A stretch of DNA of 64,000 nt, taken from contig NC_083288.1 of the NCBI RefSeq assembly GCF_963506605.1, positions 19,840,001-19,904,000 on the forward strand, read 5' to 3'. Below, one piece after another: positions 25,197-38,460 of the stretch (position 1 is its first letter; each line of letters opens with the position of its first letter). Under the pieces are notes generated by a model. That model was given only the letters and a program-made list of their open reading frames with translations. It did not search any database and was not told the DNA's origin. The DNA is from Zootoca vivipara (lineage: Eukaryota). The position numbers and the translations under genes were made by a program.

Positions 25197-28100
25197 TTAT
25201 ATAGGGTCATCAAACACACAAGGAAGCTTTTTTTAGCTGCAGTAACAGTATAGACGCCGCTAGAGGACGATGTTTTGCTACCTCTCCTGTAGGTTCTTTT
25301 CCCAGCATGCCCGGCAGGGTCTGCTGGCTGAGTTTTGAGGTCCCAAAGAGAGGCTTTTACCTTGCGCGGGTGTGACATTTGTATGCCCTCTGTTGCTAAG
25401 AACACTCCCCATTGTGGAATGTGGTGTTGTGTCCAAATTTGATACGAAATATATATAGAATTGTTAATACAATTTTATGAAATGGTAAAACTGCATACAA
25501 AAAAATTAAAAATGGTTTGTGTGTAACCTTTTTAAGTATTTGAATGGAATATACCTCATTTTAGTCATTAATAGGCAAAAGTTCATCCATTTGTGCTACA
25601 GGAAATAATTTTTGAGGGGGGGGGGAAATGAAAAAGTCACCACCCTATTGCCTACCCATGGCTTACAGCCTTGCCTTGTCCTAAGGACTGTTCATGGAGG
25701 CAGCTTTTCTTCAGGCAAGGATAGCCAACATGGTGCCTTCCAGACATTGGAATGCAATTCCCATTATCCTTGGGCAGTGGCCATGCTAGCTGGGACTGAT
25801 GGGAGTTGGAATTCTACAACTAGAGGGCACCACATTGTCTACCCCTCCCTTAGGGTGAGGAAGCAGGAGTTCTAAAGATGCAAAGAGGTCGTCAGTGCTG
25901 TTTCCCCCTCCCGCCACCAGCACCAGCCCACACGTTAACCTTGCACACATACCTACACGAGGATGCAATCCAGTAGCACAGCTCCTATTGTAATGAAATG
26001 GAATTGTGCAGCAGGACTACTGCACTCTATCACATCCTGTGTTAATTTCAGCAGAGCTTGTGGTGGAGAATGTCCATTGAGTTGTCCTCTGTGGGTCAAA
26101 TCAGTTCATCTGCCCTTCTGCTGCCCTTGATGATACTCAAGGTCTGCCACACTGTAGGGCTATGTGAGGAGATGTTTTCCTCATAGGGCTGCTTCTGTCG
26201 ACAGCTGCCTGTGACTTTTATTAGGGGATTTTTCCAGGGTGTGCAGGGGAAAGGAGCAGCGTTACAACTTGAGGCCACATCGAATTGAGATGGGGGACTT
26301 CCCTTCATCCCCAGATTTGTGGAACAGAATGTCCCCTAAGCATATCGCCTTCAGGCTCGGTTTATTCGGATTTCTGCTATAAATAACTCCAAATCCTAAC
26401 ACCAGACACCAGGGAACTTGTAGGTGGAATAGATTTCTGGAAAGATTAGTGAAGTTGCCTTATCTGGAATGTTGCCTTTGTTGGAGCGGTGGGGGAAGTG
26501 ATCTCGGGGATCTGGAGATCTTAAGCAGATCCCCTTCCTCTGTTCAGAGCTTCCAGTATTCTCTTTCTGTAAACGTTAGCTTAAGAAACATCCCTATCCC
26601 GTTTAAAAGTAAAGGCAATGTTTTTTGCATGGATCTGTGCTGTGCAACTTGGGATCTGTGAGTGTTCCGAAATAATCCCCCCCTGCCTTTTTAAGTATTT
26701 AAATATTGGTGTCATCAAGACCGGCTTGGCATGATTGTGGTGCAAGCAAGCGGAGCATCAAAAACAAATCGTGCATATTTGGCTGCTGGCATCCCCACCA
26801 ATTTCCTTCACCCTGTATGCTCCCTGTTATCTGGAGCGGTCATGTCTTGCTGCTCTTCCGCTGCTATGAGGATCAGCCAGGGAACCCGTGCTTCTGCTTT
26901 CCTGGAATTGGGAAAGCAGGAAGGCTGTCTGGGGAGAGAGCTCCTCCTCTCTGGTGACTGGCCCAGGACCCGATCAGGTTGCTCCTGAAGCACCAGAGAG
27001 AATATTTTATTTTGGATCGGCCCAAGACAGAAGTCGTCAACATGGTAGCCTATAGATGTTGTTGGACTCCAGCCCCCATGTGCCCCAGCCAGCATGGACG
27101 ATGGGGGTTGTAGTTCAACAATACCTGTAAGGCCCCATCTTGGCTACCCTGGCTTGAGTCAGCATTTTAGCTGGTGTGCACCAAAGACGCTCCCTTTCTG
27201 CTAATTAACACAAGGAAGGTCTGCAAGTGCAACAGAACATTTATTAGGCGCCGTGAGAAGAGGGGGGGGGAACCTTTGGAATTATGGCTCAGCTATCAAC
27301 TGGCTTGATTTGCACTTTCAAAATCCCCCCCCTTCTTGGAGCGGGGGCTGCTTAGAGGAGGAAAGCCTCCTCACCTGGGGAGGGACAGTGCATGAGTGGT
27401 GCCATTTTGGCTAAATAAACATTGGCCCTGAAGCCAGGAAATAGAGAGGGGAAATAAGGCCTGCATCGTAATGTTGTCGTGTAGAGCATTTAACAGTAGC
27501 AATCAGCTGTGTCTTCTTCTTAGAAATTCTGTTCCATTTCTCTTGGGTTTTCCATTTCCCCCACTCCTGATGCTTCAGCATTCGGTGCCCTCTGAGCATA
27601 TTCAATCAGTCCTCATTGGGATGTTCAGGGGTAATTTGGCTCATTTTGATTCCCTTGCTCCCCCCCCCCCCCCAGAATGATTTTTTTTCTGTACTTCTGC
27701 AAATTTTGGGGGTTCCCTTGAATGTGCTCCTTGTTGTCTGTGATACTATTTTAGACAAAACAATTAGTGGTGTTTGGGGAACTGAAGATTTCAATTAGTG
27801 TAAAGGAGGAATAGCTTGTAACCCACCAGGATAATTCTCCTCTGGGAGCCCAGATGAAGATATCCCCAGTTGATTCTTCACTGTGGGGCAAATTTATCCG
27901 TTTCCACTTCGCTGCTATAATGATGCTTTTAAGTCTGCTACCTGAGGAGACTGTTTCACCTGGTCTTGTGGGAATAACCATTTCCACAGAACACCTCACT
28001 ATTCAACAAGTTGGACTTTGGAGAGTACACTGGTGCCCATTATAGATAACTCTATTTAATTTATTGTTTGTCCACGGGCTTGCCCTGTTTGCTCAGGTCA

Positions 28101-28327
28101 GCCAATGGCATGATGAAATAACAAAGTTGGCATGCTCATGTTTGCCGTTGTCCGACATTTCACTACTATCAGTCTTTCCATCTTTAACTATAAAAGAAAC
28201 TTAAGGCCAACTCATGTGGCTATATTGCTGTTTCATCCAATCCCGCTCCACACCCAATCCTGCTCCGGTAACATCTGAATGAAATGTACATCAGTCTGGT
28301 GAGTCATGAGGGCAGTTCCCATGTTGA

Positions 28328-29320
28328 CAGGGTGGATAAAAATCAATGATTTTTTTTTAAAAAAATCAAAAAAATCGGATTTTTTTATTTAAATCGGATT
28401 TTTTTGATTTAAATCGATTTTTTTGATTTAAATTGGATTTTTTTAAATAAAATGCTTTTTGAGGAAAATATATTACCATCCAAAGGTTATTCCATCATGA
28501 AATAAAGATTAGTTTTTTAATTATGTAGAATAAGGTATATGTTTATTTTTTTGGGTAAATAAATTCCATTAATCCATTCACAATGTCATGCTCTTCCAGA
28601 GGTTTTTGTAAGATTATTGGGCATTTTCTAACCCTAACCCTAACCCTACAAGATATTATCACAGATGCTTGGTTTACTTTTGCAGTTCACAAAACTGAAT
28701 TTGACTCAACAGAGATCACATGCCTCTTCTTCACAGCAAAAATGTTATAACATGAACAGAGTTGAGAAAAAGACCTTAATCCTATTGTTCTACGAACCTA
28801 TGAATACAGAAACAACCCCTTCAGTGCTAAGTTTCAAGAAGTTCAGTGAATAGAATAGAAACAATATTTTTCTGATTGTTTGGAGTGGACAGTATTTAAG
28901 TTTTTCATGTGTAGGCTGGGCTGACAGTCTAAGTTTCTTAAAATATATTATTTTGTTTAGCCAAATTAGTTAATAAACATGGATGTTTGTTTAAGCAAAT
29001 AACATATGCTGTAATGTTATTGTTTCAGTTGAATAAATCTATTTAAATTGTTATTATTAAGGTAATGATTATTTTTCTCCTTCCTAAGTACAACAGTAAA
29101 GTTGTCCAAATATGAATAACCCATTAAACTGGGGATAAAAAACTAATATGAAAAGTTGTTATTCTAAAAATCTTCATCTACTTGCATATTAAAGTTATAC
29201 CAGGAAGAATTAGTCTTTATGTAGAAAACTATGATTTAAATCAAGCCTTACTGACTAGTGATTTAAATCGTGATTTAAATCGTGATTTAAATCAGATTGA
29301 TTTAAATCAAATCCACCCTG
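28328..29320. mobile_element. Non-autonomous hAT DNA transposon, copy 2
   Basis: Same TIRs and body as 3262-4249; different 8-bp TSD CATGTTGA, so an independent insertion. Confidence 0.92.
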
Positions 29321-30201
29321 CATGTTGATATTGCCAGCCCCCAGATATGTGCCGTGTGCATGTTAGACTTGTTGGGTATGCGGGCAGCTATGCTCAAATA
29401 CGAGCCTTCAGTCTTATCTGTGGAGGAAGAGAATAATAATAACAAAAGAAGTGCGCTCACGCACGCTACATTTCCGTGAGAAAAATTGTGGTCACACTGC
29501 AGTTCACGTGGCCGCCAGTAGACGGCCATGCCAACTGCAGTGTGGGGACAGAAAGCAGCTGGCAGGCAGCCCAGGCGAGTTGCTGAGGATGGAACTGTAT
29601 TTAGCAGACCCCCTGTTCCCCTCACGGAGCTACAATTCCCAGAGTGACTTAGCAAACAATCCCTCTTCCCAGGGAACTCTGGGAATTGTAGCTCTGTGAG
29701 GGGAACAGGGGGTCTCTCAGGCCCATGTAGGGCGAGGGGCAGCTGGGTAAAAAAAAAAAGTCCGGTCAAAGGTGACTATGTGGTTGCGGCGCTCATCTTG
29801 TTTTCAGGCTGAGGGAGCCGGCGTTTGTCCACAGACAGCTTTCCGGGTCATGTGGCCAGCATGACTAAACCATTTCTGGTGCAACGGGACACCGTGACAG
29901 ATTCCCAACATTGTAGTTGGTCCCTTACAAGAAAAAGGATGGGGTTTGGGCGATAGTGTTTTTCCTAGTGTACGGTTAACGTTCCCTTTCCCTTTCCTTT
30001 GCTCCTGTGTTCAATGCCAGCAATGTTTTATTGGGCAAAATTCCTCCAGTGCCGTGAATATCTTGTTGTTAAGATACAGTTGACATGACACCCTGAGGTC
30101 AAAATTAGCTGTGGTTGTTTTTAACTGTCCTTGGTTTTCTTTTTTGTTTTCTTTTTTCCCATTTCTGTTTTCCCCTCATTGTCCTTTATACAGAATCCAG
30201 G

Positions 30202-30393
30202 ATGGAAGCTGCATTATGTAACAATTCGGAGGAACCTCCCACTTCTGCCGTCCTGCTAGACTGCCGTGCCTTCAATCAGGTCATCTTCACAGACATAGAC
30301 AAATACTATGTCCCTGGAGCGGATATAACTTGCCGTTACAACATTTCTCGGCACATCACCCCACGCCGGAAGGACTGGGTGGGCATATTCAGG
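30202..30393 (+). CDS. CALCOCO2: CALCOCO2/NDP52 coding exon 1 (SKICH domain)
   Basis: MEAALCNNSEEPPTSAVLLDCRAFNQVIF...PRRKDWVGIFR resembles human MEETIKDPPTSAVLLD...PRRKDWIGIFR; acceptor ends 30193; donor AGG|GTAGGT. Confidence 0.95.
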
Positions 30394-30713
30394 GTAGGTC
30401 TGCTATCATTTGTGGCGCAACGTGGACATTGGAACTGGCTTATGATAAATTGCAATCTCTTGCAGGGTTATAAAGCTTCAGAGGAGATACTGTTCTCTGG
30501 ATGGAGTTCTTCCAGAAAGCTGAGGAAAGTCAGAGCAGGGAAGGAGGCGAGATAATAGCTGATTGGCTGAGGCAGGATGAGGTTATGATCGGTTTGTGAG
30601 CCGTAATCAGGAAGGTATTCTACACCGGGAGAGCTTAGATCTTGGATGGTAGATTATGCACATTTTTCCTTAAAAAGAATTTAAAACCTTTAGGTGCTAT
30701 TAAGAAATTAAAT

Positions 30714-30758
<45 letters not shown>

Positions 30759-31090
30759 TTTCCTTTCCTAGAAGGAAGCAGAATGATGCATTTGTTGGAG
30801 CTAAGTGTGCATAACTTTGCAAGTGTGTATACTAGAAACATCAGCTTTGTACCATTTTCACTGTTATGGCTCCACCCAAGCAATCCTGGGAATTATAATC
30901 TGCTGGGGGGGAGCTGTGAATTCTTTTGTTTGAGATCGCAACAGAGTGAGAGAGGAGAAGAAGCTGCTGTTGGTGTTGTTGGTGTTGTTGTTGTTGTTGT
31001 TAATAAACTGGTTTAAGGATGATGTCCTTAAAATCTTTAGTTGGACTTTCTTCTTCTGTGTGGACACATGGTATATTTGTCCTGTAAACC

Positions 31091-31238
31091 CAGCGGCAAG
31101 CACCCTGGGCCATGCTGCTTTAGGGAGCGGCATGCCGGGCTCTGGGGCACCTGGACTTGCACGCCACCTTGGGCTCCAGCAGGCCACCCCCAAAGGTAAG
31201 CGCCGCCGGGGGTGCCCTGCCTCCTAGCTACGCTATTG
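31091..31238. mobile_element. GC-rich hAT-like MITE
   Basis: 8-bp TSD TGTAAACC; degenerate CAGCGGC...GCTATTG termini. Confidence 0.65.
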
Positions 31239-31395
31239 TGTAAACCTGCTGTGTAAATATGTCCCTTGTTTTAGAACAGGCTGCTTTTAGTGCACTGGAT
31301 TAGAGCATGAAGAGACAGCTTGTTAAACTCCCACTACTCCCGGCCTGCTTCTCGGTTCGTTGAAGGATCCCACTCAAATATTTTTCATGTTGCAG

Positions 31396-31498
31396 GTGGG
31401 GTGGAAGACCGCTCGCGAATACTTCACGTTTGTGTGGGCGCCTTTGCCAAGGAACCCCGACAGCAGCGACGACGAACTTCAGGAGGTGCTCTTTAAAG
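31396..31498 (+). CDS. CALCOCO2: CALCOCO2 coding exon 2 (SKICH)
   Basis: VGWKTAREYFTFVWAPLP...QEVLFK; acceptor TTGCAG; donor G|GTCCGT. Confidence 0.95.
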
Positions 31499-31665
31499 GT
31501 CCGTGGTAGGAAGGGAAGGAGTTAGGTGGTGTTATTTCTTGAAATAGGCATTGTTTGCATGCTAAAAAAATAAAATAATCTCAACTGCAGTACAATAAGT
31601 CTGACCAGGTAGAAGTCAACCTCCTATGTTAGCTTTGCATGCTTTTTTTTTTGTTGCTCTTTCAG

Positions 31666-31799
31666 CCTACTACCTGCCAAAGGACGATGAATATTACCAG
31701 TTTTGTTACGTGGACCAGGACGGCCTCGTCCGTGGAGCCAGCGTCCCCTTCCAGTTCCGTGCAGAGACCGAGGATGACATGTTGGTGGTTACCACGCAG
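31666..31799 (+). CDS. CALCOCO2: CALCOCO2 coding exon 3 (SKICH end and CLIR LVV motif)
   Basis: AYYLPKDDEYYQFCYVDQDGLVRGASVPFQFRAETEDDMLVVTTQ; donor CAG|GTTCGC. Confidence 0.96.
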
Positions 31800-32289
31800 G
31801 TTCGCTTCCTTCATGTGTGCCCTGTGCTATGTAGTGGCTCATTTGCGACTTTCCCAAGCCTCGGCCAACCCATTATGGCTCCATGTTTGTTCCCTCCTTC
31901 TGCCTTTGTCACTATGTGTAGTCTGAACAGGATGCCTCACTGTACACTGCATGTGGCTCACACTGCGTCGTGCGGTAGGCTAATTTTCAGAGCAGGGAAA
32001 GGAGTGCACCATGCTATCCTAAAGGTGAGATCTGTGTGTCAGTGTTTTGAAAAATATGGCACAGCTTCTGACCTGCTTTGCCTGGCACAAAAGACTCCAC
32101 GAAAAGAGTGTCCTTGCAGAGTATATTCTGCTTTTATTCTTAAAAGTCTTTAACTGCAGAACGACTAACTATACAGACATCAACACCACCAGCTTCTACC
32201 AACCAACCAACTAACCAACCAACCAACAAAGCCCCAGCAAACACCACTAACATATATACAGGTACAATACAATTAGGTGAAAGGTTGCA

Positions 32290-32326
32290 TGAGTCACCGC
32301 AGGCCGCTGACTCATGCTGACTCAGC
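32290..32326. promoter_or_regulatory. AP-1/ARE/MARE site cluster (candidate intronic enhancer)
   Basis: TGAGTCA 32290-32296, TGACTCA 32308-32314, TGCTGACTCAGC 32315-32326. Confidence 0.6.
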
Positions 32327-32525
32327 TCCCCCAGCATTAAAGAAACAGCGGCCAATTTTTAGCCGTGACACTGTGCACTCGCAGTAACCTCTAGTGACGA
32401 TCTCTATGGGTTCCTCTATGTGATAAAAGCACAGGGCTTTGTATGTAGAAAATCCCAGGATGAAGCCCGAACCTATCCGGGGACTTTTTGCTTTTTTATG
32501 TTTTATGTGTGAGTAGTTAATGTAG

Positions 32526-32882
32526 GTGGGACCCAGGTGGCGCTGTGGTTAAACCACTGAGCCTAGGGCTTGCTGATCAGAAGGTCGGCGGTTCGAATCC
32601 CTGTGACGGGGTGAGCTCCCGTTGCTTGGTCCCAGCTCCTGCCAACCTAGCAGTTCGAAAGCACGTCAAAATGCGAGTAGATAAATAGGAACCGCTACAG
32701 CGGGAAGGTAAACGGCGTTTCCATGTGCTGCTCTGGTTCACCAGAAGTGGCTTTGTCATGCTGGCCACATGACCTGGAAGCTATACACCGGCTCCCTCGG
32801 CCAATAATGCGAGATGAGCGCGCAACCCCAGAGTCGGTCACGACTGGACCTAATGGTCAGGGGTCCCTTTACCTTTACCTTT
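32526..32882 (+). mobile_element. Sauria SINE, full length
   Basis: GGGACCCAGGTGGCGCTGTGG head; (ACCTTT)n tail; TSD TAGTTAATGTAG. Confidence 0.92.
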
Positions 32883-33359
32883 TAGTTAATGTAGATAAGT
32901 CAATCTCCAGCGCTGCTTTAAAAGGCAGCGAAGCAGCCAAGAAGAGAAGCCATAGGGAAATGCAATCCTGCCTTGCCGCTGTACTCTGCTGCAATTGTTC
33001 TATTTTCCTCTGTACTTGAGACGCAAGGCCACCAGCGTAGCTGGCACTTGAAAAATACAAATGAGCAAAAAAAAGGGCCCTGCCCCAAAGAGCTTACAGT
33101 CTTTGAAGAGGACAAATGGGGAGAGGGGCAGAGAGGGTTTGAATAGGCATAAATGTGGCTACTGTGTACCTAGGCTTTGTTTTGGATAAGGCACCAAGGG
33201 ATTAAGGCAGGCATCTCCAAAGTCCGATTTCGGGGCCTAATCCGGCCCGCTGGTCAACAACTTTGGTTGGCCCTCACGCATGTTCACTTCATCAAATCTG
33301 GCCCTCTTTGAAAAAAGTTTGGGCACACCTGGATTAAGGCAAATGTTTCGTGGAAGAAA

Positions 33360-33728
33360 GGGACGCGGGTGGCGCTGTGGTCTAAACCACCGAGCCTAGG
33401 GCTTGCCGATCGGAAGGTCAGCAGTTCGAATCCCCGCAGCGGGGGTGAGCTCCCGTTGTTCGGTCCCAGCTCCTGCCCACCTAGCAGTTCAAAAGCATGT
33501 CAGGTGCAAGTAGATAAATAGGTACCGCTCTGTCAGGAAGGTAAATGGCGTTTCCGTACGCTGTTCTGGTTCGCCAGAAGCGGCTTAGTCATGCTGGCCA
33601 CAAGACCCGGAAGCTGTCTGTGGACAAAACGCCGGCTCCCTCGGCCTATAGAGCGAGATGAGCGCCCAACCCCAGAGTCGTCCGTGACTGGACCTAATGG
33701 TCAGGGGTACCTTTACCTCTTTACCTTT
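33360..33728 (+). mobile_element. Sauria SINE, full length
   Basis: Same head and tail; TSD GTGGAAGAA. Confidence 0.9.
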
Positions 33729-34712
33729 GTGGAAGAAGAGGGATCAGGAGGAACAGGGAGAGATGGTGCTGCAAGAGAGCTGCTTTCTCAGGCAGGGGGT
33801 TTCCCTGCCAGAATGGGGAAATACAGAGGCATTTAAGAAGCCAAGGCAGCGTATGCATCATACATTGAAAGCATTCAGTGGCCCGCAAAGAATCCTGGGT
33901 TGCTGTAGTTCCCCCTCCCAAAGAACTACAGTTCCTAGCACCCTTAACAAATTGCAGTTCTCAGGATCCTTGAGGGGGAAGCTACGTGCTTTGAATGTAT
34001 GGTATGGTCACACACAACACCCCAAAAAGCCCCTTTGGGCTGAAGAGGGTAGAGTCAAAAGCAACAAAGCTTCCCAACGTTTCAGATTGTGGAGAAGATC
34101 AAATTCTGCTGACACATCCTCTTCCAAGTCGGCCAGGTTTTAAGAAGGGAGCCCCCGGAGAGCACATCTGCTCACAGTGTCAAGTGCCTTGACTTAATCA
34201 AAGCATTTGACACCAGGAGCAGCTGTGATCTCGGGAGGGTCCTTTTTCAGTCCTCCTTATGTCACACGCTGACTTGCCCGGGAGTGATCTGTCGACCTCC
34301 TTAAAAAAACAAAACAAAAAGGGAGAAAGAAATTAAACCTGGCTATGGTCCACTTGCCTTTGCCGTGCTGATTTATTTTAGTCGCAGAGTTGGGTATGGG
34401 TGGCTACATACGCATCACCGACAAAAGAGGCAAAGAAAATACGGCTTTTGCATGAGGTTCGCGCACAATAGTGGGGAAAGCTGCGACCAGGAGGCCCAAG
34501 TGCTGCCTGTTGATGAGCAATGTTACAAAAGTTGGATGCCTCCCCCACTCTCTGCTGAGCAATAGCAAGAGCCCAGGGGATTCCAGGCACTCACCCAGGG
34601 TCTTGTGTTCCTTTGGAGAATTGAGACATGGCAGAGACTCTTGTAGCTTTAAGAAATATGCTTTATTCACCTATTTACACTTTCAGTCTGCATGGAGGGA
34701 GTCCAGATCTTA

Positions 34713-35046
34713 AAGGTAAAGGGACCCCTGACCATTAGGTCCAGTCGCGGACGACTCTGGGGTTGTGGCGCTCATCTCGCTTTATTGGCCGAGGGAGCCG
34801 GCATACAGCTTCTGGGTCATGTGGCCAGCATGACTAAGCCGCTTCTGACGAACCAGAGCAGCGCACGGAAACACCGTTTACCTTCCCGCCGGAGCGGTAC
34901 CTATTTATCTACTTGCACTTTGACATTCTTTTGAACTCAAAGGTTGGCAGGAGCAGGGACTGAGCAGCGGGAGCTCACCCCATCGCGGGGATTCGAACCG
35001 CTGACCTTCCAATCGGCAAGCCCTAGGCTCAGTGGTTTAACCCACA
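34713..35046 (-). mobile_element. Sauria SINE
   Basis: TSD GGGAGTCCA(G/A)ATCTTA. Confidence 0.9.
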
Positions 35047-35228
35047 GGGAGTCCAAATCTTACAGCATGGTTATTTCAAGAGTGACTTGTCCCCCACAGC
35101 AGTGCAGCCAGCCTTCAGCCAGCCTGCCCAAGATGGATCCTGGTCTCTCTTCCTCCTCCTCCTCCTCCTTCTTCCCAGAACACCTTGCTTAAAAAAACTG
35201 CATTCTTTTTCCCCTATTGCTCTTCTAG

Positions 35229-35354
35229 GGAGAAGTGGAGGAGATCGAGAAGCAAAACACAACTTTGCTTCAGGAAAACCAGAAACTGAAGGAAAACCTT
35301 ACAAGCCTTCGGAGCCAGAATGAGGACATGCAGGAGAAACTCAAGGCAGCAGAG
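35229..35354 (+). CDS. CALCOCO2: CALCOCO2 coding exon 4 (coiled coil)
   Basis: GEVEEIEKQNTTLLQENQKLKENLTSLRSQNEDMQEKLKAAE resembles human GEVEEIEQHNKELCKENQELK; AG/GT boundaries, phase 0. Confidence 0.95.
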
Positions 35355-35954
35355 GTAGGACACATACACACACACAAAAAGTAGGGCATGGGTGCCATTG
35401 GTGGGCGGGAGAATTAATATAAATTGTAAGTTTGTGCACTGGGTTGCTTTCCTTTCCCTTTCCTCTATTCAGTAAGTAAGACACCATTATCAGAGTTCAA
35501 GCATGCATTCCTGCCAGGCAAGGAGACTGTGAAGCAGGGCAAGAGGGGTGTGTGACCTGGGGAGAGTGTCAAGGGCCAGATGGAGTGTTCTGGAGGGCCA
35601 CACTCAGTCCCTGAGCCTGGGGTCTCTGCACAGATCAAAGAACTCTATATAGACTTCCTTGCAAGTCAATCTCCGCAGAAACTGCTGTCGCGATAAAGGA
35701 CTTGCAGATTTATTTTAACAACATTTGTATACCACTGAATGGTAAATAAGACCTCTTAAGTGGCTTACAAAGAGCATAAAATATATATTAAAATGGTCGC
35801 TGAAAGGCAAGGTTTAAAAATAACTTTTTTAAAAAAGCACAATGCATAAAATCAGTAGTTAAAAGTAAATACTAAATAATGCATTGCTAAGTATTCTGTG
35901 AACTGCCCTGAGATCTTTTAATAAGTTATATAAATTTAATAAGTAAATAAATTT

Positions 35955-36631
<677 letters not shown>

Positions 36632-37123
36632 TTAGTGCATCAAAGGTAATTTTGGCAGGGACCGAGTGGAAAGGAATAATGTTTTGCACATAAAAGGTCT
36701 CAAGTTCAATCCCTAGACCAGGAAATATTCCTGCCTGAGAAATGTGCAAAACCGTGGCCGGTCAGTGTAGACCAAAGATGGAGGACCTATGGCCTCTCGA
36801 ATCGAATTTCACCGATTTCAGTAGGTCTTCTTTGAATATGACTTAGCAGGATACAACCCAAAAGATGCAGAACTTACAAGAAGCTGGTGAGAAAGCAAAG
36901 GCGTTTGCTCGTGTTGACGCACATGAGGATGGGGAAGAAGAAGGTGCAATCTACACATGAGGCTAACTTCATCTTTGCATCTAGTCCTGCAAGTTTTTTA
37001 GAGTTGCAAATTGCATCGCCTTGGTGCAGTGGTGACTAGTGGGATCAGAGCAGGCATGGAGGCAGAATGTAACCCTTCTTCTCCTCTGTAATAGGTATGT
37101 GCTTTGGAGAAAAAACCCAATTG

Positions 37124-37259
37124 CAGGCACCCCCAAACTTCGGCCCTCCAGATGTTTTGGACTACAGTTCCCATCTTCCCCGACCACTGGTCCTGTTAGC
37201 TAGGGATCATGGGAGTTGTAGGCCAAAACACCTGGAGGGCTGAAGTTTGGGGGTGCCTG
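37124..37259. mobile_element. hAT palindromic MITE
   Basis: CAGGCACCCCCAAACTT...AAGTTTGGGGGTGCCTG; TSD CCC(A/T)ATTG. Confidence 0.87.
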
Positions 37260-37641
37260 CCCTATTGCCACACAGATAACCCCATGTAGATAGCGGATTC
37301 AGATGAGAGATTTCCTTGTCATAGCAGCAAAGGGGGAGACGGTTAAATTCCCCCCACATGCCTGCTCCTTATCCCACTTATAATCACTTCTTTCCACCAC
37401 CACCCACAAGATGATGCAATTTTTCCTTTAAAAAAAAGAAGCAGCATGGTTAGTTGCAAAGATGAAGTTAACGTCAGGTGTAGCTTGGTCCCAAGTGTTT
37501 TGGAAAAAAGCAGGAACTTTCTTCATTCCTTGGTTCCAGGAATCATTCAAGCTGCAGTTGTACCCATATAAATATTTAAACTCTGCATTTAGATTTTACA
37601 GTCTCTGTTCTCACCTCCCCGCCCTGTGTTTGTGTGTCCAG

Positions 37642-37800
37642 GAAAAAGCAAAGGAGCTTGAGGATAAAGTTCATTTGTTGCAGACTGGGACCATGGAGCT
37701 CCAGAGAGCTCAGGACCTGCAGGCTTTACAGATGACCTCTGCTCAGACGGAGTTGGCGGCAGTTACAGAAAACAGTATCAAACTGCAAAAGGAAAAGGAG
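37642..37800 (+). CDS. CALCOCO2: CALCOCO2 coding exon 5 (coiled coil)
   Basis: EKAKELEDKVHLLQ...KLQKEKE; acceptor GTCCAG, donor GAG|GTAAAA; 159 nt, phase 0-0, heptad-like. Confidence 0.8.
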
Positions 37801-38021
37801 GTAAAAATATAGAGGCCGGTTGAGTAGAAGGGACGGTAGGCAACATTTGAATCTTGAGGAGATGAGCTTTAAGTTTTGAATTGACCGGGTGAACGGTGGG
37901 AGTTTGTATATTTGCATCTTTGTAAATGCGAAGTACGGTACGTTCGGTTTTCCTATGACCCTGAGAGCAAACTGGGTGGTTCTGATTCTCCAGTTCTACC
38001 TTCCTGTCTCTGACTCTTCAG

Positions 38022-38149
38022 GATCTGCAGAGGAACTTGGATACTTTAAGGAGCAGCAAAGAGAATCTCGAGGTAGAAGTGAATATTCTCAAACAGAAGT
38101 TTGCAGCTCTAGAAACGCAGAACAGCTCCACCGACGAAGAACTGTGCCA
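38022..38149 (+). CDS. CALCOCO2: CALCOCO2 coding exon 6 (coiled coil)
   Basis: DLQRNLDTLRSSKENLEVEVNILKQKF...EELC(Q); donor CA|GTGAGT; phase 2 fits the next exon. Confidence 0.88.
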
Positions 38150-38175
38150 GTGAGTGCACTTTTTCTTCTTCTGTA

Positions 38176-38460
38176 CAGTGGTGCCTCACTTAACGAATAC
38201 CCTGCTTAACGAAATTTCCGCTTAACGAAATGATTTTTCGTGCAGAGGTTGCCTCGCTAGACGAATTCGTTTGATGAAAAATTCATCTAGCGAATCGCGG
38301 TTTCCCATAGGAATGCATTGAAATTCAATTAATGCGTTCCTATGGGCAAAAAAAAATTCAAAAAAATTTCAATGCATTCCTATGGGATTCGCTATACGAA
38401 TTTTTCGTTATAAGAAAAGACCCGTGGAACGAATTAAATTCGTCTAGCGAGGCACCACTG
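38176..38460. mobile_element. Tigger-like MITE
   Basis: TA-CAGTGGTGCCTC...GAGGCACCACTG-TA. Confidence 0.87.

Noticed and set aside
32526-32610. tRNA-like A/B boxes (GGTTCGAATCC)
   Set aside because: tRNA-derived heads of Sauria SINEs, not tRNA genes.
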